A stretch of DNA of 64,000 bases, from the NCBI GenBank assembly GCA_019058315.1, contig JAHPZH010000001.1, forward strand, positions 1,347,218 through 1,411,217, read 5' to 3'. Position 1 is the first letter of the stretch; each line of letters starts with the position of its first letter. This document shows positions 49,769 through 61,500 of this stretch, one piece after another. Below the pieces are notes generated by a model that ran no database searches, was not told the DNA's origin, and saw only the letters and a list, made by a program, of their open reading frames with translations. Made by a program: the position numbers and the translations under genes. Source of the DNA: Candidatus Helarchaeota archaeon (GTDB taxonomy: Archaea > Asgardarchaeota > Lokiarchaeia > Helarchaeales > RDOG01).

Positions 49769-51397
49769 GTGATTTTTTTGTTAGATCAAAAACAAGTTCA
49801 AGATTATAAGGTTTTACGAAAAACAGCTAGTATTTGTCACTTTTGCCTTCAAGAGAAAAATGAAATCAATACAGTGAGAGCTAAAATCATTGAAGTTGAT
49901 GGAAAAGTTTATATCAGGAAGACATGCCCAATTCATGGTGAATTTCAAGAAATTTATTGGTCCAATTCCACTTTGTATAAGAAATTTATGAAATGGTTCG
50001 CCACGGGTAAGGGGGTTGACAACCCATCAATAACCGGTAAAGCTCCATGTCCCATTAGTTGTGGTTTATGTAAAAGTCATAAATCAAACACATTAATTGC
50101 AAATATTGATGTTACTAACCGTTGTAACCTTCATTGCTGGTATTGTTTTGCAAATGCTAGGTCTGCTGGATTTGTTTATGAACCCAGTACAAAGCAAGTC
50201 AAACAAATGATAAAATTTTTACGTGATCAAAAACCAGCACCTGTCGAGGCAGTACAATTTAGTGGCGGAGAACCAACTGTAAGGTTAGATATAGGAGATT
50301 TAGCTTCTGAGGCTTATCGTAGAGGTTTTAATCAAATTCAAATGGCTACTAATGGAGTTTTAATTGGCAAAGATTACGATGTAGCAGAAGAAATAGTTGA
50401 AGGTGGCGTCAATACAGTTTATATGAAGTTTAATGGAACAAATAAACAGACGAATCCCGAAAATTGGTATCTTATAGATGATATTTTAAATAATTTACGA
50501 AGGGCAGGTATACAAGAGAACCGTCATGGTGGAGTAGTATTTGTTCATGCCACAATTAACGGGTTTAACGAAGATCAGATCTATCCTATTATTAAATTCG
50601 CCATGAAAAATATTGATATAGTTCGTGGAGTAAACACTCAACCTGTTTCTTTTGTAGGACGATTTGCGGATGCTAATGCAAAACCTTTACCTGAAGATGA
50701 ACGATTAAAGATGAGATTTACTCTTCCAGATTACATAAGAAACTTAGAAGATCAGTCTAATGGCAAATTTTCATGGGAAGACTTCAGACCTGTCCCAGTG
50801 GTCCTTCCGATATCTCATTTACTTGAAGTTCTTCAAAAACAAGATTTAATTGAATTTACATCTCATCCCGCCTGTGGTATTGCAACATATGTATTTGAAG
50901 TAGAAGGTGAAATGGTTCCAATTACTAGATTTTTTGACATAGACAGAGTGATGCTTGCAATGGAAGATATGGCTGTAAAACTTAAATCTGGAGAAATTAA
51001 AGGTGGAAAAGCACTGACATTCATATTAAAAGAATTAGAAGAATCTCTTAATAAAGAGAAGGCACCAAAAAAGTTCAATATACAAAAATTAATGTTTGAT
51101 ATTATTCAAAAGGGTTCCTTCGAAGCATTAGCAGATTTTCACTATAGAAGTCTGTTAGTAAGCGGTATGCACTTCCAAGATCCTTTTAATTATGACTTAG
51201 AGAGATTAATGCGTTGTGTTGTTCATATGACCATGCCTCCAGATGACGATACAGAAGGTATGACGCCTAAATTGATTCCATTTTGCGCCTACAATTCACT
51301 CCCAATTTACAGAAGAAAACTAGAAAATTTACATGGTATGTCAATAAAAGATTGGGAATCACAACATTCAGGTCTAAAAATAAACCAAAGAGCCTAA
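49769..51397 (+). CDS. tes: Radical SAM tetraether lipid synthase (Tes / GDGT-MAS, MJ0619 family)
   Basis: N-terminal CHFC..CPIHG, CPISCGLCKSH, DVTNRCNLHCWYCFA, SGGEPT, HPACG, MHFQD, RCVVH, IPFCAYN. Confidence 0.8.
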   Translation: MIFLLDQKQVQDYKVLRKTASICHFCLQEKNEINTVRAKIIEVDGKVYIRKTCPIHGEFQEIYWSNSTLYKKFMKWFATGKGVDNPSITGKAPCPISCGLCKSHKSNTLIANIDVTNRCNLHCWYCFANARSAGFVYEPSTKQVKQMIKFLRDQKPAPVEAVQFSGGEPTVRLDIGDLASEAYRRGFNQIQMATNGVLIGKDYDVAEEIVEGGVNTVYMKFNGTNKQTNPENWYLIDDILNNLRRAGIQENRHGGVVFVHATINGFNEDQIYPIIKFAMKNIDIVRGVNTQPVSFVGRFADANAKPLPEDERLKMRFTLPDYIRNLEDQSNGKFSWEDFRPVPVVLPISHLLEVLQKQDLIEFTSHPACGIATYVFEVEGEMVPITRFFDIDRVMLAMEDMAVKLKSGEIKGGKALTFILKELEESLNKEKAPKKFNIQKLMFDIIQKGSFEALADFHYRSLLVSGMHFQDPFNYDLERLMRCVVHMTMPPDDDTEGMTPKLIPFCAYNSLPIYRRKLENLHGMSIKDWESQHSGLKINQRA

Positions 51398-51888
51398 ATT
51401 TTTTTATTTGTAATTTTTTTTCTTTCTTTTCTATTTCTAATTTCGATTAATAAAAACATTATACTAGCATAGCAAAATATTACTATTACAGTCCAAAAAA
51501 AAATATCACCTGTAAATTGAATTAAAGAAAACCCTACACCAAAAAGAAATCCAGTAAATACTCTAAGATAATTATTACTCTCTCGTATTGCTACTTTTTG
51601 GGTTCCCCAATCAATTAACAAAGGAGCAGCTAGAACAACTGCAAATTCAAGACTTATAACTGGATCAATTAATTTTCCAAAAAGATGATATCCATAAATT
51701 AATCCGACCACGATTGCAATTATTAAACCTAAATATATACCTGTACATCTAGCGCATAGCCGAATTTCACTGTCCCGAATTCTTATACGTATTGTATGTG
51801 TATAATAGTCAATATGGCCTTTTCTATGGTGTGCACATATGCCAAAAGATCTATCAGGGGTTTTATTTTTTATTTTTTCAGAAATTAT
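51394..51888 (-). CDS. DUF2085 membrane protein; start extended to ATA/ATT (~51885-51891)
   Basis: Signature C.H...LCARCTGIYLG lies upstream of the tracked GTG 51711 in the same frame; DWGTQ...RESNNYLR..TG. Confidence 0.85.
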   Translation of the reverse strand: MISEKIKNKTPDRSFGICAHHRKGHIDYYTHTIRIRIRDSEIRLCARCTGIYLGLIIAIVVGLIYGYHLFGKLIDPVISLEFAVVLAAPLLIDWGTQKVAIRESNNYLRVFTGFLFGVGFSLIQFTGDIFFWTVIVIFCYASIMFLLIEIRNRKERKKITNKKI

Positions 51889-51915
51889 AATTACACCTGA
51901 CAGAAAAACAAAAGC

Positions 51916-52248
51916 TCAAAATATTATACTTAATAGAATCATTAAAACAAAGGAAGTTAATATAACAAAGGTTGTAGTCCCTCTATAGCCTACTTCAGTT
52001 TCAACAGGAACAATATCGGTTTTGAATCCATCAATTTCTGATGGTATAATATCATTTGGATCTAATTTATTTTTACGAACTTTTTTCTTAACAAGAACTG
52101 AAAAACAGGGTTCTCCAGTATCTTTACCCCCTACTTCTTTAGTTCCTATCGATACTTGTAATACATTTGGGTATTTCATTAATTTATCTTGGATTCTTTT
52201 CTTCTCTTGTCGGTATTTCGCTATTTCAGTTACCATATTTTTCACCAA
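51916..52248 (-). CDS. Small protein resembling a Nal1-type protease N-terminal domain, with C-terminal TM helix
   Basis: PNV..V.IG.KE.GG..TGE.C..VLV.KK.......IIP.EIDG..TD.V, then a hydrophobic tail. Confidence 0.6.
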   Translation of the reverse strand: MVKNMVTEIAKYRQEKKRIQDKLMKYPNVLQVSIGTKEVGGKDTGEPCFSVLVKKKVRKNKLDPNDIIPSEIDGFKTDIVPVETEVGYRGTTTFVILTSFVLMILLSIIF

Positions 52249-52438
52249 ATAAAAATAATAAATGTATATAATAATTATATCTACTTTGTTTTAACTTAAA
52301 TTAATTATTCATGCTTTTGACAACCCAAAATATTTTATAATTTCCCTTCATATTAACACATTTAATTATTGAAAATAAAGTATATTTTTTAAGATTATAT
52401 AAAAATCTACGAACCCTAAAGTTAGGAGTAGTAATATA

Positions 52439-53644
52439 ATGCCTAAAGGTCTTGAAGTTAAAAGTTTTGATGATAAATGGACAGCTTTTAAAGAAAGAGG
52501 TAAAGAGCTAGAAAAAATTCAAGAATTATTTATTTCTTATTATGAGTGGTATCTTTGGGATTGTGCAGCAGATGATTTAACAGGAGATGGAAAAGCGGAA
52601 GTTGTTGGGGCGAGTGAAGATTCTACGTTAAGAGTTGTTGATGGTAATAACAAAGAATTATGGAGTAAAAATTTCCATAGGGCAGTATTTTTCTGTAAAA
52701 TAGCTGATTTAAATAAAGATGGTAATAAAGAAGTCATATGTGGAGGAGTTGAAGGTAAAGTCTTTGTTTTTGATAAGTCCGGAAATCCGAAATGGGAAAC
52801 AGATATTGGGAAATGGATATATGAAGCACAGATTGCGGATATAACAGGTGATGGAAAATTAGAAATTATAGCAGTTAGTAGAGATAAAACAATTAGAGTT
52901 ATTGATTGTGAAGGAAATGAGCTATGGCAACAAAAATTTAAGAGATATGTGAAACATTGTGGTTCTGGGGATATTAAAGGAGATGGAAAGCTTGAAGTTA
53001 TTGGTTCAGATGATGACAAATTTTTAAAAATCTTTGATAATAAAGGGAATGAGCTATGGGAATTCCAATTTACATTAATGCCTCCAGATGCAATGATTGA
53101 AGTAAGATCAGATGTTGTTTTTGAAACAGGTGATTTGACAAAAGATGGGAAAGAAGAAATCGTTGCAGGAAGTGATGATTCTTACCTACGCGTATTTGAT
53201 GGAAATGGAAAAGAATTATGGAATTATAAGTTCGAAGGTGCGGTTCATACCATATCAATTACAGATATTAATGGGGATGGAAATTTAGAAGTTATAGTTG
53301 GTGCTGAACCAGAATTGGATCCAGAGGGCAAAGCTACGGAAAAAACTAAGAATTTAATTGTTTTTGATAACACTGGAAAAATATTATGGGCTAAAAAATT
53401 CGATGGTGGAGTGTTTTGCTCAACAATCGGTGATGTTAATAAGGACGGAAAACCTGAATTAATTGTAGGAACTCAGACCTCTTTTATAGGCATCTTTGAT
53501 AAAGATGGAAATGATTTAGGACACTATAAATTTGATAATTACGTTAGAAAAATTGCTTTGGGAGATATTGACGGCGATGGACAATTAGAAATAATAGGAG
53601 CTTCGAGAGATCACACCATTCGTGCATTAAAATATAAAAAATAA
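52439..53644 (+). CDS. FG-GAP/VCBS-repeat beta-propeller protein
   Basis: About 8 repeats of D(L/I)xGDGKxE(I/V)(I/V)xxSxD...G.ELW; no signal peptide. Confidence 0.85.
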   Translation: MPKGLEVKSFDDKWTAFKERGKELEKIQELFISYYEWYLWDCAADDLTGDGKAEVVGASEDSTLRVVDGNNKELWSKNFHRAVFFCKIADLNKDGNKEVICGGVEGKVFVFDKSGNPKWETDIGKWIYEAQIADITGDGKLEIIAVSRDKTIRVIDCEGNELWQQKFKRYVKHCGSGDIKGDGKLEVIGSDDDKFLKIFDNKGNELWEFQFTLMPPDAMIEVRSDVVFETGDLTKDGKEEIVAGSDDSYLRVFDGNGKELWNYKFEGAVHTISITDINGDGNLEVIVGAEPELDPEGKATEKTKNLIVFDNTGKILWAKKFDGGVFCSTIGDVNKDGKPELIVGTQTSFIGIFDKDGNDLGHYKFDNYVRKIALGDIDGDGQLEIIGASRDHTIRALKYKK

Positions 53645-53718
53645 TAATAATTTTTTTGATAAAATGTAATTCATTTCCAATAATATTTTATTCATTGTAT
53701 TTCATATAGAGGTTTCAA

Positions 53719-54438
53719 ATGGTAATTAATTATTATGCTCTTGATGAATCCAATCTAAAAGAAAATGAAGAAATACAAAGAATCGATAGAAATTTATTAC
53801 TTCTAAAAGCTGCTTGGGTTAAAGAAGTTTATGACGGACTAGATTATATAGAAGGAAATATGAGCGGAGTTCTAATTAAAGGAATTTTAAAAAAATTACA
53901 GAATGTTGTTGATGATATATCTCATGGACTTATAAAAAAAATATATGATTTATTTTTGGCTGATTTAAGAGACAAAACTATAAAACAAATTGATGTTTTT
54001 ATAAAATGCGCTAAATTATATGATGGCTCTAATCTAGATGAATTGATGGAAAAATATACGAAAGAGTATCTCAAATATGATCTAACTTATAAGTCTTGTA
54101 TGAAAAAACATCAAAAATTTAAGGACCTTGAAAATTTTCAAATAAATACTTTTAAACATAGAATTATCCAAACAAATAAAATGATGGCATGTAATGGATG
54201 TGCTAATTCTGATAAAGATATTGTTCGAGAGATTTACAAAGATTATGATACTGCAAAAAGAGAATTATATAAACAAATTGGATATACCCAAAAATCAATA
54301 AATTTAATATTTTCAGATGATTCAATTTTAAAAGTTAACCCCATTATTAAACGCCCTGTTTTAGATGTTCTTCGTATGGGTTATGAATACGCAGTAAATC
54401 ATCTAATTTCAAATTTGAAAGAAATTTTTAATAAATAA
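53719..54438 (+). CDS. Hypothetical helical protein
   Basis: 239-aa ORF with GAGG upstream; no family recognised. Confidence 0.75.
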   Translation: MVINYYALDESNLKENEEIQRIDRNLLLLKAAWVKEVYDGLDYIEGNMSGVLIKGILKKLQNVVDDISHGLIKKIYDLFLADLRDKTIKQIDVFIKCAKLYDGSNLDELMEKYTKEYLKYDLTYKSCMKKHQKFKDLENFQINTFKHRIIQTNKMMACNGCANSDKDIVREIYKDYDTAKRELYKQIGYTQKSINLIFSDDSILKVNPIIKRPVLDVLRMGYEYAVNHLISNLKEIFNK

Positions 54439-54446
54439 CAAAATTT

Positions 54447-55151
54447 CTACCAATTGATTTTTCTTCTATCCTTGAAAAAAAGTCCTGTTGGTCCATCATC
54501 TGGGAGGGTGGCAAGCCACACAATTGTATCAACCCCTTCTTCTACAGTTCTTGGGGCCCAAGCACCTCCCATATCGGTCTTTGTCCAGCCTGGGGATGCA
54601 GAATTTACTAATATATTATATTGTTTTAACCTACTCGCAAGAATTATGTTAAGAGCATTCAATGCGGTTTTAGAAACACGATAACTTGGCCATCCTCCGC
54701 TCATAGAAGATAATTGCCCTAATTCACTAGAAACGTTGACTATTCTCCCATAATTATTTTTTTTCATTAAAGGTATAAATGCTTGAGATACCAATAGAGG
54801 CCCATAAACATTAGTTTCGATTGTTTTGCTAAAGGTTTCTAAGTCAATATCTAAGACTCCTTTACCTTTATCAATATTAATACCAGCATTATTTATTAAA
54901 ATATCCAATTCCCCAAATTTTTTTTCAATATTTTGATGTGCTTTTTTTATGCTTTCTTGATCAATTACGTCCAATTGTTGGAAAAAAACATTAATTCCTT
55001 CTTTTTTTAAAGATTTACAAGCAGATTTCCCCTTATTTTCATTTCGAGATGTCAAAATTACTTTTATTCCCATTTTTACAAGTTGTCTGACTGTTTCAAA
55101 TCCGATTCCTCTATTTGCTCCAGTAACAAGTGCAATTTTATTATTATTCAT
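54447..55151 (-). CDS. SDR, carbonyl reductase-like
   Basis: TGANRGIG, NNAG, YRVSK, PGWTKTDMGG. Confidence 0.95.
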   Translation of the reverse strand: MNNNKIALVTGANRGIGFETVRQLVKMGIKVILTSRNENKGKSACKSLKKEGINVFFQQLDVIDQESIKKAHQNIEKKFGELDILINNAGINIDKGKGVLDIDLETFSKTIETNVYGPLLVSQAFIPLMKKNNYGRIVNVSSELGQLSSMSGGWPSYRVSKTALNALNIILASRLKQYNILVNSASPGWTKTDMGGAWAPRTVEEGVDTIVWLATLPDDGPTGLFFKDRRKINW

Positions 55152-55194
55152 AATTAATTTTTATCATTTTCCAAAATAATGATATTGATACACA

Positions 55195-55407
55195 TAATTT
55201 TCCGAGAAATTTCTGAATATCAATTTAGTTAGAGAGTTTTTGACATCTATTAGAAGTTTTAGTATGGAATTATCAGTAGCATAGGAAAAAGCTATGCAAG
55301 GGTTATCGTATCAACATTTCGAAATTCAACTACAAGAAGGAAAATATATTACGGTTGTATTGATAACTTAAGGAATTCTAAATCAGTTAACAGTAACTGT
55401 TTTTTAA
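55195..55407 (+). pseudogene. Decayed longin-like domain fragment
   Basis: Frame from 55201: SEKFLNINLVREFLTSIRSFSMELSVA*EKAMQGLSYQHFEIQLQEGKYITVVLIT*GILNQLTVTVF*. Confidence 0.55.
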
Positions 55408-55544
55408 ATTATTCGAATTAGTAAAAAAAATAATCTATTTTCAAACATAAACAATAATATAGGTGAAGAGAGATAACTTTCATACTTTGATATCATTCAA
55501 ATTTTATTTCAAAATATTAAATTCCACTTTATGGAGTGCTAGAA

Positions 55545-58500
55545 TTGAAAAAAAGTAAAATTTTTAGTTTATCATTCATTATATCAATGATGCTTACTTT
55601 AATTCCTATAATTTATTCTCATTCAACAAGTAAATTACCTATTTGGAATAATTTATCTTTGAATATAGATGAAGAAATTGACTCTTCTGTCTATCTGGTT
55701 GATTGGCAACCCAATGGCACAATTGTATGTAATAAAACAAGTGATGCAAATTACCCAGAATTATGTTATGATGGAGAAGGTGGTGTCATAATTGTATGGC
55801 AAGAATCAAGAGGGGCAACAGATACTGATATTTATGCACAAAAATTGAATTCTACAGGACATATTCAATGGACTTTAGATGGGGTTGCAATATGTAATTA
55901 TAATGGGGATCAATGGTTTCCTATAGCTTGTACCGATGGAGAAGGCGGAGCAATTATCATATGGGAAGATAATCGAGGTACATTTAGTCGTATATATGCA
56001 CAACGAATAAATTCAACTGGACATTTATTATGGACAGCTAATGGAACTTCATTAATGACTGCGGGAGCAATAAGTTTTTATTCACCTAAAATCATATCTG
56101 ACGAAGAGGGCGGAGCTTTTATAACATTTCATAGTTCTGATATTCTTGCTCAAAGAATAAATTCTACTGGAGGTTTATTATGGGGTAATGGTATCACAGT
56201 GTGTTCAGCCAGTGGTAACCAGCAATATCCAACAATATGTTCAGATGAAGCTGGAGGAGTGATAATCACATGGCATGATTATAGAGGAGCTGAAAATGAT
56301 ATTTATGCCCAGAGAATTAATTCAAGTGGAGTTGAATATTGGACAACCAACGGTATTATTGTTTGTAATGCAACAAATTATCAATGGTTCCCTAAAATTG
56401 TGAGTGATGGAAATGGTGGGGCAATAATAACATGGGAAGACGATAGGGAAGGTTCCAGTAATAAAAATATATTTGCACAAAAAATTGATTCATTTGGAAA
56501 TAATGTTTGGCTTAATAATGGGACTCCAATATCTGAAGCAGTAGATGACCAAAGGAGTCCTGAAATATGCAGTGATATGAATGGTGGTGCAGTTATTGTT
56601 TGGAAAGATGACAGGGTAAGTTCAGATGGAGATATCTATGTTCAAAAAATCAATTCAGGAGGGGCAATTGAATGGTCAGCAAATGGATCTATAATATGTA
56701 ATTTACCAGAAGTTCAAGATCTTCAACAAATTTGTAGCGATGGTCAAGGAGGTGCAATAATTACATGGTACGATAGGCGAAGTACTGTAGATTATGATAT
56801 TTATACACAAATTATCGATTCTACTGGAACAATTCAACTCGTTGACAACGGAATAACAATCTGTAATGCGACGGGAACTCAACTTGTTCCAAAGATTGTT
56901 AGCGATATGGAAGGAGGAGCATTCTATACTTGGGCGGATGATAGAGATGGAGATTTTGATATTTATGCATACCATTTACAGAATTTAATAAACGAACCTC
57001 CTAACTCTAATAAACCTCATGATATAATTACTTTTAACTATTCAATAGAAACTATAGATTGGGTATTATGGGATGATTATAAAGAAGGCGAATTTCGTGT
57101 TTGGGTAAATGATAGTAATAATAATTATTATGTTTGGGAAAATTGGACTTCTTGGGTTAATAACACAGAAATTAATGTTGAAATTAATCGATCTGCTTAT
57201 GGTTTATATAATTACACTATCGAATTTTCAGATTCTTTGGGTTTAACTGCCACTGATGAAGTACTAGTTTCATTTATTGAACACAATATTATGATTTGGC
57301 AAGCAAACGGGACACCTATAAATAATCAGGTGTATGATCAGGAACTTGTCGTAGCTTGCTCTGATGGGCAAGGTGGAATTCTCATTGCTTGGCAAGATGA
57401 TCAGACGGGATCCAATGATGATAGAATTTATGCCCAACGAGTCAATTCTAGTGGAGCCCATCTTTGGGGGGCTAATGGAACTCCCATTTGTTCTTTTGCT
57501 GATAATCAGAGGGTTCCAGATATATGCAGTGACGGAAATGGAGGCGCAATTATCGCCTGGCAGGATTTAAGGGCAGGTAATTATGATATTTATGCTCAGC
57601 GAATTAATTCCAGTGGAATAATCCAGTGGACACCTTCAGGTATTCCGATTTGTAACTTGAATGGTGTTCAAAATCAAGTAAAAATTTGTAGCGATGGGGT
57701 TAATGGAGCTTTTATCACTTGGGAGGATTATAGAAGTGGAGGTCCTCCCACCTTTTATGATATTTATGCTCAACGTATTAATTCTAGCGGAGATGTTTAT
57801 TGGACAGCTAATGGAACTTTAATTTGTAATGAAATTAATTCACAAGGAGTAGTAAGAATTATTTACAATGGGGCTAAGAGTGCAATAATTGCTTGGGAAG
57901 ATCTAAGAGCTGGTTCAGGTAATTATGATATATATGCCCAAAAGATCAATTATACCGGAAATACCTTGTGGACTGCTAATGGAACTCCCATAGTTACGGC
58001 TACTGATGCGCAGCAATCTCCTCAATTATGTAACGATGGAAACGAAGGTGCTTTTATAGTTTGGCAAGATCTTAGAAGTGCAAGTTATCTTGATATTTAT
58101 GCCCAGCATATAAACTCAGCGGGAGTAGGGCAATGGACTAGTGATGGTATACCAATTTGCAATGCCAGCGACCATCAATATAATCCACAAATTACTATTG
58201 ACGATAATAATGGTTCAATCATAACATGGTATGATAGAAGATCCGGAAATTATGATATTTATTCTCAACGGATTAGTTTTCAAGGACAAACACTGTGGTC
58301 AGATAATGGAACTCTCATATGTAATTCAGAATATAGTCAATATGATCCTCAAATTTGTCCTGATGGTGCAAATGGTGCATATATTGCATGGTTTGATTAT
58401 AGAGGAGGATCTAATGCCGACATCTTTGCACAGCACGTAAGTTCGGAAGGAATTACCCTATTTGAGGATAATGGTACTGCAATATGCACCGAAGTACTTG

Positions 58501-61500
58501 ATCAGAATAACGTTAGGATTGTTAGTGATGGAATTGGTGGTGTAATTATGGTATGGGAAGATAATAGAAACGGAGGACTCACACCCCATGACATTTTTGC
58601 ACAAAGAGTATTACCTTATCCAGATGATCCCCCAACTTCAAACCACCCAGATGATATTACAACTTCTGTATTAGAAAAAATAACCATTAATTGGAAGCTA
58701 TACGATACATATTATGGCTCTCACTATACTGTTATAGCCAATGATACGAATAATGATTGGTATACGTGGATAGATTGGACGCCATGGGTTACTAATACCT
58801 CCATTAATATTCCAATTAATCGTACTGCTCTTGGAGTTTTTAATTATTCAATACTTTTTAATGATAGCCAAAATAATTATGGCTATGATTTTGTTATTGT
58901 CGAAGTTACGGCCACATCATTTCCATGGGGAAACAATGGCGTAGTAATCAGTAATGCAAGTAATTCGCAACTTACTCCTCAAATGTGTAGTGATATGGCT
59001 GGAGGAGCCATTATTACCTGGTCTGACGCTAGAGATGTAGGAACCCAAGAAGATATTTACGCACAGCACATTAATTCGGCTGGTCAGATATTGTGGGAGT
59101 TGAATGGGACATTGATATCTAATGCAACAAATGCTCAATCCGAGCCAGTTATTTGCAGTGATGGTCAACGAGGAGCTATTATAGCCTGGAGAGATGATAG
59201 GACAACAGTATATGATATTTATGCGCAACGAATAGATGCAAATGGAAATGTATTATGGGCAACGAATGGAATCCCAATATGTACTGCTGATAATCCTCAA
59301 TATAATCCACAAATTATTAACGATGGTATGGGTGGGGCTATTATAGCTTGGGATGATGATAGATCTTCAGATACTGACATATATGCTCAAAAAGTTGATG
59401 CAGACGGAAATATTCAGTGGACACCTAATGGGACTGCGATTTGCACGGCAGAATTTGGTCAAGGTGAGGTTACTCTTAGTAGCGATGGATCTGGAGGGGC
59501 GGTTATCGCTTGGGAAGATTTTAGAAGTGACAGTGATGAAGATATCTATGCACACAGAATTTCCGCTTCTGGAGAATTATTATGGGATAATAACGGTATG
59601 GTAATTTGTAATGAAACAGGAAATCAAATATATGTGGAAGTGGTTAGGTATGGTGAGGAAGATTTTATTTTTGTTTGGATGGATTCAAGAGACATCGCGA
59701 TTTCTGGCTATGATATATATGCACAACGAGTAGGACCGAATGGAAATTCCTTATGGCTATTAAATGGAACACCGGTCTGCACAGATCTGGATAATTCGCA
59801 ATTTCCTAAAATCGCTAGTGATGGGACAAATGGAGTTATTGTTACCTGGGATGATAATAGAGGCACAGACTATGATATATATGCTCAATTAATACTTGAT
59901 AACGGTAATACCGCGTGGGGTGGAAATGGGACGGTTATATGTGATGCTCCTAATAATCAAAGGTATCCTGAAATCTGCATTGATGGCTCTGGTGGTGCAA
60001 TAATTGCATGGTCTGATTATAGAAATAGTAATTATGATATTTATGCACAGGCTATTAATATTGATGCGGTAGAACAATGGATTCGCGATGGCATTCCAAT
60101 TTGTACTTCTGGCGATACACAAGAACAAATTGCAATTATATATGATGGAGTTGATCCAGCTATTATAGCTTGGAGCGATTATAGGGATGGGAGTTATGAT
60201 ATTTATGCTCAAACTACTAGAGCGAACGAACCTCCAACTTCAAATCATCCTGATGATATTAATACAATTGATATCGGACCTGAAACCATTGATTGGATAC
60301 TATATGATGCCATGACTCCAAGTCATTATAGAGTTTTAATAAATGACACCGTTAATGAATATACATGGGTTGACTGGACTCCATGGTCAAGTAATACAAA
60401 TCTTCATGTTCCAATCAATAGAACAATACATACTCCTTATAATGATACATGTCTTGGAATTTTTACTTATATAATACAATATAATGACAGTTTTAATGTA
60501 TGGGGTCAAAACGATTTAGTTAATGTTGCTGTTAAAAAAGGACCAATTCAATGGCAGAATAATGGAACGCCAATAAGCATAGATGTTCAAGATCAATTTT
60601 TAGTAGATCAATGTCTTGATGGAGAGGGGGGAGTAATATTTGTATGGATAGATCAAAGAGATATTGGTACAAGTGGGGAAGACATTTATGCCCAGCGTGT
60701 GAATTCTACAGGACATTATTTGTGGCAAGCAAATGGAACTCCCATCATAACACAGACTAATCCCCAATTTGGGGTTAGTGTTTGCAGCGATGGTTTTGGT
60801 GGGGCAATAATCGCTTGGAATGATCAACGCTATGGAACTGATGACATCTTTGCACAACATATAAATTCGTCTGGACATGTTCAATGGGCAGCCGATGGAG
60901 TTCCTATTTGTACTGAAGATTCTCAGTATCAGCATTTTCCTCAGATCTTTAACGATGGTGAGGGTGGAGCAATTATAATTTGGGAAGATGGAAGATCTTT
61001 CCCCAATACGGATATTTATGGACAACGAATTAATTCAAGTGGTAATATGCTTTGGGCACTAAATGGAACACCTATATCTAATGAAAACGGTGATCAGATA
61101 AATTTTGCAGCAAGCCGCACTGAAGGTGGTGTCGTTGTAGTTTGGGAAGATGGAAGAGCAGAAACTGCCATTTATGTAGATAAAATAGGTTTAGACGGTA
61201 CAAGCCAGTGGATATCGAACGGAACCAAAATTCATAACGCAACTTTGTCCACACAGCCAGAAATATGTTCCGATGGTGCAGGAGGTGCAATTGCTGTTTG
61301 GATTGATGATAGAAACCTAGGGAAAACTGATATGGATATTTTTACGCAAAAAATTGATTCTAGCGGAAATATACAGTGGATAGTTAATGGAACGGTTGTT
61401 AGCAACGCGTTATTGAATCCATCTCTACCTCAGATTGTTAGTGATGGAAACGGCGGTGCAATAATTGCCTGGAATGATGATAGAGACATGTTCACTACTG

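Noticed and set aside
3626-54684. Short overlapping ORFs (e.g. 3626, 7286, 8742, 9497, 13885, 15565, 26703, 35311, 38874, 42915, 46846, 52540, 54454)
   Set aside because: They lie inside or across well-supported genes on another frame or strand and have no motifs.
55282-55284. In-frame TAG as pyrrolysine or readthrough
   Set aside because: TAA stops in the same frame and the lack of a proper start favour decay. No pyl genes are in the window.
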